A stretch of DNA of 31,774 nt. Origin: a virus (lineage: Duplodnaviria > Caudoviricetes). Below the pieces are notes generated by a model. That model was not told the DNA's origin, did no database searches, and was given only the letters and a program-made list of their open reading frames with translations. Positions within the stretch are counted from its first letter, which is position 1; the number at the start of each line of letters is the position of its first letter. Location: positions 1 to 31,774 of the IMG/VR virus record IMGVR_UViG_3300036987_000043. One strand, given 5' to 3'. This document shows positions 9,414 to 18,202 of this stretch, in pieces. The position numbers and the translations under genes were made by a program.

Positions 9414-9820
9414 GTCAGCACGACGCCAGGGGTCTGGATGTTCAGCGCGAGGACCGTTGCCGACTTCGCGAGACCGAGCAGGCATACGTTTTCGGTCGCG
9501 AGGTCGGCGCCCGGCTGGATGCCGCCAGGCGTCTCGGACAGGTAATACGCGCTACCCGCGACAAGTGTCCCGCCGATCGTGATTTCGCCGAAGGTCTGGA
9601 CAGTGATCGGTTGGTTCAACGAGGCACCGTTGACCGCGATGCCGCCAGCCTTGTTGGCGCCAACCACGACAGAGTTGGAGTCCGCGAGCTTCCATTTCAG
9701 GGCGGTGGCGTCGAGATACACAGCCTTTCCGGCTGCGATGGTCTCGCCTGCCCGGCCCTGCTTCAGGACTGCGTCTGATCCGGGAACGACGTTCGCGGCA
9801 GTGATTGAAATGTCGGTCAT
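9410..9820 (-). CDS. Putative capsid decoration/cement-type structural protein
   Basis: AGETI.AG..VY, GIA, G..YYLS.TPG.I pattern; SD AAAGGA. Confidence 0.6.
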   Translation of the reverse strand: MTDISITAANVVPGSDAVLKQGRAGETIAAGKAVYLDATALKWKLADSNSVVVGANKAGGIAVNGASLNQPITVQTFGEITIGGTLVAGSAYYLSETPGGIQPGADLATENVCLLGLAKSATVLALNIQTPGVVLT

Positions 9821-9832
9821 AGTACGTTCCTT

Positions 9833-10420
9833 TTAAACGAACATGCTGCGGTATGGTTGAAGCAAGCGGCGGATGGTCTCTGGTAAATTGTGGTCGACTT
9901 CCGTCTCACAGTCGTAGGCCATCTGGACGTGAAATTTCACGGCGGATTTGAAGTTGTTAACGCGCGTGTCTTCGGAGTCGTATCCGGCCCAATAGGTGAT
10001 GCGCACCGAGGTATCGCCGGAAATGGTTGCGGGCCAAGACTGGCCCGATTGCAGAACTATCCTTCGGCACGACGTCTCAGGATCGAGAACCCGATAAACC
10101 GTATCGGACAGGGTTTGTTCGACGCCATCCGCGCCGTCGTACTTTATGACCAGCGGATAATCGTCGGCATCCTCAAGCACCGGACCACACGGGAGATGGA
10201 TCGCGGTCGGGAAGCAAGCGATGCTCAGTTCGATTTCGCGAGCAAGGACCGAAGTCCCCAACCACCCAAGTGTCGGGTCTTCAAATTCGGTGATTGCGCC
10301 CCAAATCTTCGACTTGATATCTTCGTCATCATCGGTGGAGTCAAAAGCACGTAAATGCTTCTTGACCTCTTCAAGCGAAGGAACCGGTTCTGTTGGTCTC
10401 GTAACGACAGCCCAGGACAT
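9833..10420 (-). CDS. Head-tail connector (gp6-like)
   Basis: P..EP.SLEEVK.HLR, V.ITY.AGY, LLQPYR motifs. Confidence 0.88.
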   Translation of the reverse strand: MSWAVVTRPTEPVPSLEEVKKHLRAFDSTDDDEDIKSKIWGAITEFEDPTLGWLGTSVLAREIELSIACFPTAIHLPCGPVLEDADDYPLVIKYDGADGVEQTLSDTVYRVLDPETSCRRIVLQSGQSWPATISGDTSVRITYWAGYDSEDTRVNNFKSAVKFHVQMAYDCETEVDHNLPETIRRLLQPYRSMFV

Positions 10421-11487
10421 CAGCCTGAAACCTTAGCAAGGAGCGGATACAGGTCGCACTCCACGGATGTTCCATCGCCATTAGTGAGCGTCAGCAAGCC
10501 TTCGCCGTCGACGTCAACCGATGCGACTGACTGGCCCGGAAGTCCGCGCTCGCCCTTGCCAGGCAGGCCGCGTTCACCTGGGTTACCGCGCTTGCCTTGC
10601 GCCGCGATCATCTGCCAACCCTCTCCAGGGCACGGACCTGGTGCGTCCCGTTTCGCAACGAATGACGCCCCGTTCAGTGCAACGACATCCAAGGCAATGT
10701 GCTCGGCCCCTTCCGCGTAAGTACCGCAGATTCGGAATGTGCGACCGTCCCGGCCCGCGCGCGCGATGCATTGCCAATCTTCGTGGGGCGGCGCGCGGCC
10801 GGTATCGCGCGAGGCCTGATAGGTAGAACCTTCATGCGTCACGACAGCACCCGCGTAATGGACGCCGTCGGTGTGCTCCTTCGCGAGCGGCATCATGCCC
10901 GGTGCACCCGGCTCGCCCTGCTTTGCCGGCGGCAGCGACCGGACGGCCTCGTCAACCATCTGGCGAATAACCTCTGGATCAGCGTCCTTTCCCGCTGGTG
11001 GAGAGGGAAGGCTTGAGACGGCGGCCGTTACAAGTTCAGCGATCAGAGATGGGTCTGCGTCCTTGCCGTCGGCCGGAACAGGGATTTGCCCCACAGCCTT
11101 GGAAACGGCCTCGTCAACCAGCGCGGCGATCTGGCCCATATCCACGTCGCGTCCCGGCTCACCGTCCTTCGGAGCGGGTAGACCCGCCACCGCGGCCTGT
11201 ACGGCGTCTCGGACAATTGGCTCGACGTCACCGAGCGTCACCGACGCGCCGGGTTCGCCATTCTTGATTCCGGCGATGGCAGTTTCGACACGCCGCTCAA
11301 GAGCCGTGAAGCGCAGTTCGCGTTCAGCATCTACGCGCCGGATGTCGGACAGCGCCGCATCGATGCGAAGCGCCGCCTCGCGCTCGATCTGACCCGCAAC
11401 CGCGCCAAGCTCGGCGGCAAGCGCATCAAGCGGCGATGGTGCGGTTTTGTGCATATGCTGACCGGAAGGACTGGCGAGCGCGTTCAT
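10420..11487 (-). CDS. Portal-adjacent protein with coiled coil, GKDADP repeats and Gly-X-Y collagen-like segments
   Basis: Repeats (K)DGKDADP/DGEPG; GKRGNPGERGLPGKGERGLPG; two V...G....A...P....WQ.IA units; start chosen at ATG 11487 (GGAGA upstream), could be 11454 or 11520. Confidence 0.7.
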   Translation of the reverse strand: MNALASPSGQHMHKTAPSPLDALAAELGAVAGQIEREAALRIDAALSDIRRVDAERELRFTALERRVETAIAGIKNGEPGASVTLGDVEPIVRDAVQAAVAGLPAPKDGEPGRDVDMGQIAALVDEAVSKAVGQIPVPADGKDADPSLIAELVTAAVSSLPSPPAGKDADPEVIRQMVDEAVRSLPPAKQGEPGAPGMMPLAKEHTDGVHYAGAVVTHEGSTYQASRDTGRAPPHEDWQCIARAGRDGRTFRICGTYAEGAEHIALDVVALNGASFVAKRDAPGPCPGEGWQMIAAQGKRGNPGERGLPGKGERGLPGQSVASVDVDGEGLLTLTNGDGTSVECDLYPLLAKVSG

Positions 11488-12817
11488 TTGTCTCCAAATC
11501 CTTCTCCGGCGCTGGATCATCTTCCGATCCGGCGTCGCCTGTATCTGTCGGCGGCGGGTTCGGCGTGGTCGGTGCCACTGGCGCCGTCTGCTTGCCGGCC
11601 ATGCTCAGCGGGATATCCTGCATCTGGACGAAAAGCTGGTCGCCGCCTTCCTTCTCGGGAAGGTCGAGGAAGCTGCGGCCCTCGTTTGGCGTCATGACGC
11701 GGCGCGTCCCGTTCGACAGTGCCTCTATCATTTCCTTGAATGACGATCGGAGCAGCGACTTCGTGTCGAACTCGACGTACTCTTCCGGAACGCCCTTGAG
11801 CTTGAACAGAAGCCCGAATGCCTCTTCGATGTGATTGAGGCAGAATCCAAGACCGGAAGCCTTCCATGCAGACATCAAGGCTTCGGTCGAAGCGAACGGC
11901 GTCCCGCCAACACCAAGCACCTGAAGCGGAACACGGAACGCCAAGGCGACGTTTTGATCCGTCATCTTGAGCATTTCGGCGAGTTGACCGTCGTTCGCCT
12001 TGGTTTCGACCGGCTTAGCCTTCAGCCCCCATGCAAGGATGGCCGTGCCGCCTGAATTCTCGCCCGTAGTCTGTTCATTCCAACGCTTGCGAAGATCTGC
12101 CGTCTGCTCTTTCGTCAGTTGCTGGTCCGTCTCCAACATGAAGGACGGTCGCGATTGGTTGATATAAAAAACCGTCTGCTGGTTCAGCGCCGCACCGGAC
12201 AACGCCAGATCCAGCGTTGTTGCAAGGATCGGGCTTTCGCCCTTCAACTCATGACGCGGCGTATGCAGCTTCACATGAAGAACATCGCGCGCCGGGATCG
12301 GCGCCGTGAAATCAAAGCGACGTTCAACGATTTCATTGCCTGATAGGTAATAGAAAATCGACCCATCTTCAGCGATGAGCGGCTGCCCGTTCCGCATCAG
12401 ATGCAGTTCGGCCACCTCGTTACGGTTGTTTCGGATCGCGACCGCGAACGCCTCGCCGCGGGAATAAAGCCGCCGCGTAAGGTTCAGCATCAGGTCGGAA
12501 ATTGACTGGTAGTCGTTCGGTCGGCGCAAAATTCGGCTGAGGTCCGATGTGGTGATGCGTTCACGTCCGCCGTTGCCAAGGCTTTTCCAGTGATCGCCGG
12601 GGCACATCGCGGTCGTCTGCGAATAGGCCGAGATACACGCCTCGACCATGGCGCTGCCTTCGCCGTAGGGCTGAATCGAATAGCCCATCTGCCACCAGTT
12701 CATGAACTGGCCGGCCTTGGCCGACAGCCAGCCGTCGTCGACCATGTACGGGCCGGGACGGTATGCGCCCTCCGCCGCCTTTTGTTTCGAGCCGAACAAG
12801 CGGTCCCAGATACCCAA
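11426..12817 (-). CDS. Portal protein (HK97 family)
   Basis: RPNDYQS, DVLHVK, GESP, A.AFRVP..LG, MTPNEGR..LDLP...GGD motifs; TTG start. Confidence 0.95.
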   Translation of the reverse strand: MGIWDRLFGSKQKAAEGAYRPGPYMVDDGWLSAKAGQFMNWWQMGYSIQPYGEGSAMVEACISAYSQTTAMCPGDHWKSLGNGGRERITTSDLSRILRRPNDYQSISDLMLNLTRRLYSRGEAFAVAIRNNRNEVAELHLMRNGQPLIAEDGSIFYYLSGNEIVERRFDFTAPIPARDVLHVKLHTPRHELKGESPILATTLDLALSGAALNQQTVFYINQSRPSFMLETDQQLTKEQTADLRKRWNEQTTGENSGGTAILAWGLKAKPVETKANDGQLAEMLKMTDQNVALAFRVPLQVLGVGGTPFASTEALMSAWKASGLGFCLNHIEEAFGLLFKLKGVPEEYVEFDTKSLLRSSFKEMIEALSNGTRRVMTPNEGRSFLDLPEKEGGDQLFVQMQDIPLSMAGKQTAPVAPTTPNPPPTDTGDAGSEDDPAPEKDLETNERARQSFRSAYAQNRTIAA

Positions 12818-12818
12818 G

Positions 12819-13052
12819 TCAGTCGGCCTCCGACTGGCGGGTCTTGTAACCCTTGTCCGATTCCTCCGGCTTCAGATCCTTCTTGCGCTTCTGTTCAGTC
12901 GGCGCCACGCCGGTGGAATGTGGGACATTGCCCTTCATGGCAACGGCCACGCCGCTCTTGTGGCGGAGGACGCCGTCCTTGTCGTGCGAAACTTCGTTCG
13001 GATCAACGGTTGTGCCGTCTTCAAGAACGTACCAGGTATCATGCTTGTACAT
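12819..13052 (-). CDS. Hypothetical head-module protein (77 aa)
   Basis: SD GGAG before ATG; ends in YKTR, as small genes preceding portals in this phage type often do. Confidence 0.65.
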   Translation of the reverse strand: MYKHDTWYVLEDGTTVDPNEVSHDKDGVLRHKSGVAVAMKGNVPHSTGVAPTEQKRKKDLKPEESDKGYKTRQSEAD

Positions 13053-13072
13053 TTTGTTCTCCAGCGTGGTTC

Positions 13073-13092
13073 GGAGGGGCCAAAGCCCCTCC
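13073..13092. other. Perfect 8-bp GC hairpin (GGAGGGGC-CAAA-GCCCCTCC), possible mRNA stabiliser or Rho-assisted terminator
   Basis: Intergenic inverted repeat; no U-tract on the coding strand, so not a canonical intrinsic terminator. Confidence 0.5.
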
Positions 13093-13107
13093 TCGACTCA
13101 CGGTTGG

Positions 13108-13479
13108 TTAGTCGACAACAACGATGTGGAAGGCACCGGACTTCACGTTGCCGCCGGAGCCGATAACGATCTTCACGCGGTCGCGGCCGAGCGCGATACG
13201 ATCGTTCACCGCCACTCCGCCGGATGCGTAAAGCGCTGCAACGCCTGCAGTGGAGTGAGTGGCCTGCCGCGGGGCCTTGACGGCGGCCGCATTGACGTCG
13301 CTCTGGGTCCAGATAGTTTCACCGGTGGCTTCCGCCGTGATGGTGAAGTCGACGCCGTCGGCGAAGTCGGTTTTGATGTAGTGGATTTCCTGAATATAGC
13401 CCGACAGATATGGGCTGTAGACAGTTGCGTTGCCGCTCGAGTCGGTGATAGCGGGAACGACGAAACGACGAATGGTCAT
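13108..13479 (-). CDS. Putative head decoration / structural protein (123 aa)
   Basis: Beta-rich small protein downstream of the capsid gene; clean ORF with SD AAAGG. Confidence 0.55.
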   Translation of the reverse strand: MTIRRFVVPAITDSSGNATVYSPYLSGYIQEIHYIKTDFADGVDFTITAEATGETIWTQSDVNAAAVKAPRQATHSTAGVAALYASGGVAVNDRIALGRDRVKIVIGSGGNVKSGAFHIVVVD

Positions 13480-13585
13480 GGCGCAAGCCTTTCAGTTATG
13501 GGGCTAGTTATTGCCGTCCTCATCGGCACGACGAATAGCGCTACCGTTTCAGGTCGCGCGGCGGCTCACAGCAATGAGGGGTTGC

Positions 13586-14188
13586 TTAGAGGATAAGACC
13601 GCGCTGGCGCGCGAAGTCGTCTGGATGCTTTGCACCCTTTGACTGATTGCAGGGCTGACAGAGGTGCTGGAGATTCTCTGGTCCGTTTGATCCACCAAGA
13701 GCGAGCGGCATGATGTGATCTACGTGCTTTTTGACTTCACTGAGGTCCGTGCGACAATAAGCACAGCGGTGGCCTTGAGCTTCCAGAATTTCTTTGAGGT
13801 CGGCAGCAGTGTGGGTGCCGCCCGATCCGGCCATCTGCGCTCGCCGTTTGCGCTCCACTGTCCGGTATTTCTCCGGGTTAATCGCATAGTCGGCGCGCTG
13901 TCTATCGGTGTAAGTCTGTTGGTGCGTCTGCTTGCTGCGACGGTTGCTAGCCCGCCACGCGCCGGGGTGCGCATCCCGCCACTTCGCAGTCTTTGCCGCT
14001 ACCTTTTCGGGATTATTCTCTGCCCATCGTTTGACGCGGATTGCCGCTCGGCTAGCAACACATTCGACGCACTTGCCATCAGCAGTGTAGCGGTCACACT
14101 GGTGCCCATTTCGGCACGGATCTCCAGTGTTGAAGCGTTTGAGACCTTGCGCTCTAGCGCCGTCTCGCGTGATAAGAGCAGAAGCCAC
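13586..14188 (-). CDS. Free-standing HNH homing-type endonuclease
   Basis: N-terminal TG.PC.NGH...RY.....CVEC; C-terminal CAYC...HVDHIMPLALGGSN..ENLQ.LC..CN.SKG. Confidence 0.9.
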   Translation of the reverse strand: MASALITRDGARAQGLKRFNTGDPCRNGHQCDRYTADGKCVECVASRAAIRVKRWAENNPEKVAAKTAKWRDAHPGAWRASNRRSKQTHQQTYTDRQRADYAINPEKYRTVERKRRAQMAGSGGTHTAADLKEILEAQGHRCAYCRTDLSEVKKHVDHIMPLALGGSNGPENLQHLCQPCNQSKGAKHPDDFARQRGLIL

Positions 14189-14278
14189 TTCGACGCTCCA
14201 CGTCGGGTTGGACAGAGCCGGGCCGGTGTTGAAAGCACCTGTCCGGCTCGAATGTTGTAGGCCCGTTCTAGGGCGGTG

Positions 14279-16177
14279 TCAGTAGGTCGTGGTGTCGATC
14301 CACTGGACCATGCCGGAGCGAAGCATCTTCCAGTTGACCTCCATGATCATACGGACGCCCATTGTATCGGTCTGCCAGAACGAGCGGACCGGATCGGCGG
14401 TTGTTGGGCCTGTGCCGCTGACGATTTCCAGCGGCACGGCGTCTTCCATATGCACGGTCGCCTGATTGGACACCTCGAAGTCTGGAGCGTCGCCGAGCGC
14501 CGTCGCAAAGTCGGACGGGCGAACCGCGACAAGGCGACCTGCCGTGGCGTGGGTCGACTCCACGATATTGACGCGGCCGCGGAGCTTGCCAAACCACTCA
14601 CCCAGGCCACCGGTACCGTCGGGGCCCTTCATCATGTCGATCGCTAGTCCCTGGGCAGGATTCATGATCACTGTGATGTTGTCGGCCGCATCGGCGGAGA
14701 TGAACGGCGCCAGCAGTGCCTTGAAGTCGGCAACGACCGCTTCGTAATCGCCGCCGCCGTATCCGGTGGCGGCGGCCGCGACACCGTTCAGCAGACCCGC
14801 CGGACGGATAGACGAACTTGCAGTCGCATCCAGCATAATCGAGTCGAGGGTCGCAGCAGTATCTTCGACGATGGCGCGACGGACCAAGGCTTCGAGGCTG
14901 GGCGTGCTACGCTTCGCCGCTTCTCGGCTGAATGGGATGATAACGCCCATCTTCTTGATGCCCATGGTCGTCGAATTGGTCGTGATGCGGCCAACTCGGA
15001 TTGGCGACCCCTCGCCAAAGAACGAACCGTTCGCGCCGCCAGCGGTCAGGCCCGGAATATAGGCGGTGCCCGCCTTGTCGAAGTTCAGGCCCATGCCGGC
15101 ATCGCGGAGAACCGGATATACGGACTTGCCACGAAGGGCATCGATGAACCCCTGATAGCTGGTCTGCATCAGGTCATCCGCCCAATGGGAGCCCGTGGTG
15201 GTGCCAATGACCTGGTCGGCCTTGACGATCATCGCGGTCGCCTCGTGCCCCGGATAGCGCTCCTCGAGTACCTGGTCGATCGACTTGTTGCCGAACTCGG
15301 CGCAGCCGAAAACAATCGTTCGGCGAACTAGCAAGTCCAGTCCAGACACCTCTTTCTGGCCGAACCCAAGCGGGCGACGGGCCTGCGCTTCGGCCTTTTT
15401 CTCCCCACCGGCGCCGGCATTGATGCCGATCCGTGTCTCGGCCGCTTTGAGATTTGCCAGGCTTCGCTGGGCATTCTCAATCTCGGCATTAAGGGCTTCG
15501 ATCGCATCGTTATCGAGCGTCTCGGCATTGGTCAGTTCTACCAACGTATCGCGTTTGGAATTGAGGTCGGCCTGCGCATCTTCGATGCGCTGAGAAAGAG
15601 TCTTCATTTTCGTGTGTCCTTTGGGATGAATATTCGGTGATGCGGCGTGCTCGCCAGTTGCAGTCACATCCCGCCGCCTCACATCGGCATGCTCGCCAAA
15701 GGCTAGGGAGATAGTTTCGTCAGAGAGATTGAGGGACTTCGCCAAGGCGACCGCGGCGGGGTTTGCCGGCACCGACACAAGCGACGTCTCGAGTAATTCC
15801 TGTTTCGTGTAGCGCTGGCCGCCGTAAGGCTTCTCTTTGTCAATCGGCTCTGCCTGAAGCGGCCGGAAGCCGACGGAAACGGCGCGGAGAATCCCCTGCT
15901 CAACAAGACTGATCAATTCGTCGATGCGACCGCTGGTGCCCCTCGCGGCGAAATTCAGTTTGGCGACAAGCTTCTTGCCCTCTACGCGAACATTCGACCA
16001 TGTCCCGATCGGGAATGAACTCGAATGGCCGAACAACGCAATCGGGTTTTTCTTGAAGTTCGTCAGAACCCAACCATTAGGATCGACGATGTCCCCATAT
16101 CGATCGACCGTAGCGTCAGACAGAACGAACTCCATCCCATCGCCACCTCCGGCGACCGTCTTATGAACAATGGTCAT
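14279..16177 (-). CDS. Fused HK97-type prohead protease and major capsid protein (632 aa), with a probable internal start at 15607
   Basis: N-terminal DRYGD, NPIALF.H, PIG.W, AVSVGF, LLETSLVSVPAN (protease); C-terminal capsid with GEG..I, P.GLLNG, IMNP, SFWQTD; SD AGAGGA before ATG 16177. Confidence 0.95.
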   Translation of the reverse strand: MTIVHKTVAGGGDGMEFVLSDATVDRYGDIVDPNGWVLTNFKKNPIALFGHSSSFPIGTWSNVRVEGKKLVAKLNFAARGTSGRIDELISLVEQGILRAVSVGFRPLQAEPIDKEKPYGGQRYTKQELLETSLVSVPANPAAVALAKSLNLSDETISLAFGEHADVRRRDVTATGEHAASPNIHPKGHTKMKTLSQRIEDAQADLNSKRDTLVELTNAETLDNDAIEALNAEIENAQRSLANLKAAETRIGINAGAGGEKKAEAQARRPLGFGQKEVSGLDLLVRRTIVFGCAEFGNKSIDQVLEERYPGHEATAMIVKADQVIGTTTGSHWADDLMQTSYQGFIDALRGKSVYPVLRDAGMGLNFDKAGTAYIPGLTAGGANGSFFGEGSPIRVGRITTNSTTMGIKKMGVIIPFSREAAKRSTPSLEALVRRAIVEDTAATLDSIMLDATASSSIRPAGLLNGVAAAATGYGGGDYEAVVADFKALLAPFISADAADNITVIMNPAQGLAIDMMKGPDGTGGLGEWFGKLRGRVNIVESTHATAGRLVAVRPSDFATALGDAPDFEVSNQATVHMEDAVPLEIVSGTGPTTADPVRSFWQTDTMGVRMIMEVNWKMLRSGMVQWIDTTTY

Positions 16178-16193
16178 TGCAGTGTCCTCTTGC

Positions 16194-17879
16194 TCAGCCG
16201 AGCATTCCGCCAACCTCAAGCACAACCTTTGCTCGGTCTCGCGATTTCAGGCCTTCCATCATCGTCAACGCCACGGCTGGATCGATGCGAAAGCGCGCCT
16301 TGTCTTTGTCGAGCTTTCGATTTCCTGCTGGGTCCATCGTTGCGACAGCATTTGCCATCGCCCACGTCAGAGCCGGATTGGATGGATGCTCTAGATGACG
16401 ATCAATTACATCCAGTTCGAGCGCGTCGATGGCCGGCGCCATGTCCTTGAAGCCCTGCCCCCACGGAATGAGGCGAAGGCCTGAGCCGGGTTTCTCGCCG
16501 CCCTTATCTTCCCATGCAGCTAGACCGATACGGTCGAACTCGCGGAGAAGATCGGCGATGCGCCAACGGTCGTATGCCAGCCCCAGGACTGTGTAGGTAT
16601 TGACCAGTTCAGCGATCTTGAGCGCCACCACCGCGGGGTCGATGGACCGGCCCGGCGAAACCAGAAGGTGTCCGGCCTTGTGCCATTCACCGTAACGGTT
16701 GTTTCCCGAGCCGAAGTCGCGGTCGCTGTGATCCTTCAGAAGTTCTTCCGGCTTCCAGATGAAGGGCTTGACCTTCGTCTTCTCGCCGGCGCTACCCATC
16801 ACCAGCGCGGTCAAGTCGACGATGGCCGACATGTCGAGCGCGAGATAGACTTCTTCCTTCTCCTGAAACTCGGCGGGACCGGCGCAGGCCGTCCATTCCT
16901 TGCGAGAGACCAGCGATGCGATCGGTGCGACGCGCTGGTTGAGATACAGGTTTCGGAACTTCGGTTCTTCTGCCGGCATACGCTCGGCCTTGTCGGCGAT
17001 GGCCTTTAAGTCGGCGAGTGATCGGAAATCTCCGAGGGCCGGGTTCGCTTTCTTCCAAACCTTCGGATCGAAGATGTCCTTGCAGTCTTCCGGAACTTCG
17101 TAGAGGTGGCAAACGATACGAGGATCTTTCGCGCCAACACCGTCATCAATAAGCTTGGAAAGAATATGTTCAGGATCGTTCGACTGCGTCGAGATGACCA
17201 CGAACAGCGGGTCGGCGCGTGCGCCGAACGAGGTGTCGAGAACGTCGTATAGCTCCCGGTTCTTGGCCTGGGCGAGTTCGTCGAACACCACGAAGGTTGG
17301 GTTCAAACCGTGCTTGGTCCCGCTCTCGCTGGACATTGCCCGATAGAAACTTCCGTTCGCGTAGCAAGCGATAGTCTTTGTTGAATCGACACACCGCAGA
17401 ATTTCGCTCAGGTCTGGATCCGCTCGCACGATCTGCGATGCGACCTTGTAAACCTGCGCGGCCTGCTCGCGGTCATTCGCCGCCGAATAGATTTCCCCGT
17501 TCTGGATTGCTTCCGGTCCGACCAGATGGACCAGCACCAGCGCTGCGATTAGCGCAGTCTTTCCGTTCTTTCTGGCGATCGACAGGATCGCGCGGCGCAC
17601 GAGGCGCAGCCCCTTTGCATCATGCGGCTCGTAAATGTCCCGGATGAAACGCTTCTGCCATTCGCGAAGTTTGAACCGGCCGCCCTGCCCCTCGCCCGAC
17701 GGGACCGTCAGTTGTTCAATGAAGGCGATGATCCTGTCTGCCCGAGCAGGCCGGCGAACTTGCTTTTCTTTTGTTTGGCGTTTGGCAGCTTGAGCGCGGC
17801 GCGGCTTTTTGGATCGAGCCCGAGCCGGTCGCCGAGCGTCGCCATCAGCGCCGCCTGCTTGTTTAGGATTGCGAGCCAT
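16194..17879 (-). CDS. terL: Terminase large subunit (start uncertain)
   Basis: LREWQ adenine motif, Walker A ARKNGKT, Walker B VVFDE, ISTQ, KANP, nuclease LD(M)S...DLTA, YDRW, RID. Confidence 0.95.
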   Translation of the reverse strand: MARNPKQAGGADGDARRPARARSKKPRRAQAAKRQTKEKQVRRPARADRIIAFIEQLTVPSGEGQGGRFKLREWQKRFIRDIYEPHDAKGLRLVRRAILSIARKNGKTALIAALVLVHLVGPEAIQNGEIYSAANDREQAAQVYKVASQIVRADPDLSEILRCVDSTKTIACYANGSFYRAMSSESGTKHGLNPTFVVFDELAQAKNRELYDVLDTSFGARADPLFVVISTQSNDPEHILSKLIDDGVGAKDPRIVCHLYEVPEDCKDIFDPKVWKKANPALGDFRSLADLKAIADKAERMPAEEPKFRNLYLNQRVAPIASLVSRKEWTACAGPAEFQEKEEVYLALDMSAIVDLTALVMGSAGEKTKVKPFIWKPEELLKDHSDRDFGSGNNRYGEWHKAGHLLVSPGRSIDPAVVALKIAELVNTYTVLGLAYDRWRIADLLREFDRIGLAAWEDKGGEKPGSGLRLIPWGQGFKDMAPAIDALELDVIDRHLEHPSNPALTWAMANAVATMDPAGNRKLDKDKARFRIDPAVALTMMEGLKSRDRAKVVLEVGGMLG

Positions 17880-18202
17880 GGGCTTTGCATTTCCGCGCCG
17901 CCGTCGCCGACCTCGATGACGTGTTCAAAGTCCGGAGCATTAATCTTGTGAGCCGCCAGCTTGTGCAACGCCCAGGCGGTTGCGAAGGCGGAAAGGATAA
18001 AGCTGTCCAGCGCTGAGTAGACCGTCATCGGCATGGAGGCCTTGATAACCTCGATGCAGCCGCGCGCGTCGTCGGACAGGTGCTCTGGAACGAATGGCTC
18101 GCCGAGAGCCTCGATTCCGGACTCCTCGATCACCCGTTTGCTGGGGTTTCCCTCCAGCTTTTCCAATGCCGCCAGCTTCGGCTTCGGACCCCTCTTCCCC
18201 AA
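17708..18202 (-). CDS. terS: Terminase small subunit (P27 family)
   Basis: GPKPK...L..LEGNP.KR, P.HL, SPW, LGL.P.SRA motifs; TTG start. Confidence 0.9.
   Translation of the reverse strand: MGKRGPKPKLAALEKLEGNPSKRVIEESGIEALGEPFVPEHLSDDARGCIEVIKASMPMTVYSALDSFILSAFATAWALHKLAAHKINAPDFEHVIEVGDGGAEMQSPWLAILNKQAALMATLGDRLGLDPKSRAALKLPNAKQKKSKFAGLLGQTGSSPSLNN

Noticed and set aside
1623-9485. Gene transfer agent cluster
   Set aside because: Some tail genes are GTA-like, but cI/cro, replication, cos-type packaging and early operons indicate a true temperate phage
13515-13553. Hammerhead-like words on the minus strand (GAAAC...GTC...CCGATGAG)
   Set aside because: The core reads CCGAUGA rather than CUGANGA, and only 3 nt separate GUC from it, so stem I cannot form
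12590-13596. Plus-strand ORFs of 154-247 aa across the head genes, and similar antisense ORFs throughout the structural region
   Set aside because: Antisense shadows expected in 60% GC coding DNA; no SD or motifs
13586-14278. Group I intron or intein carrying the HNH
   Set aside because: The capsid gene ends normally before it and the next gene has its own start; no interrupted gene or recognisable P7 core
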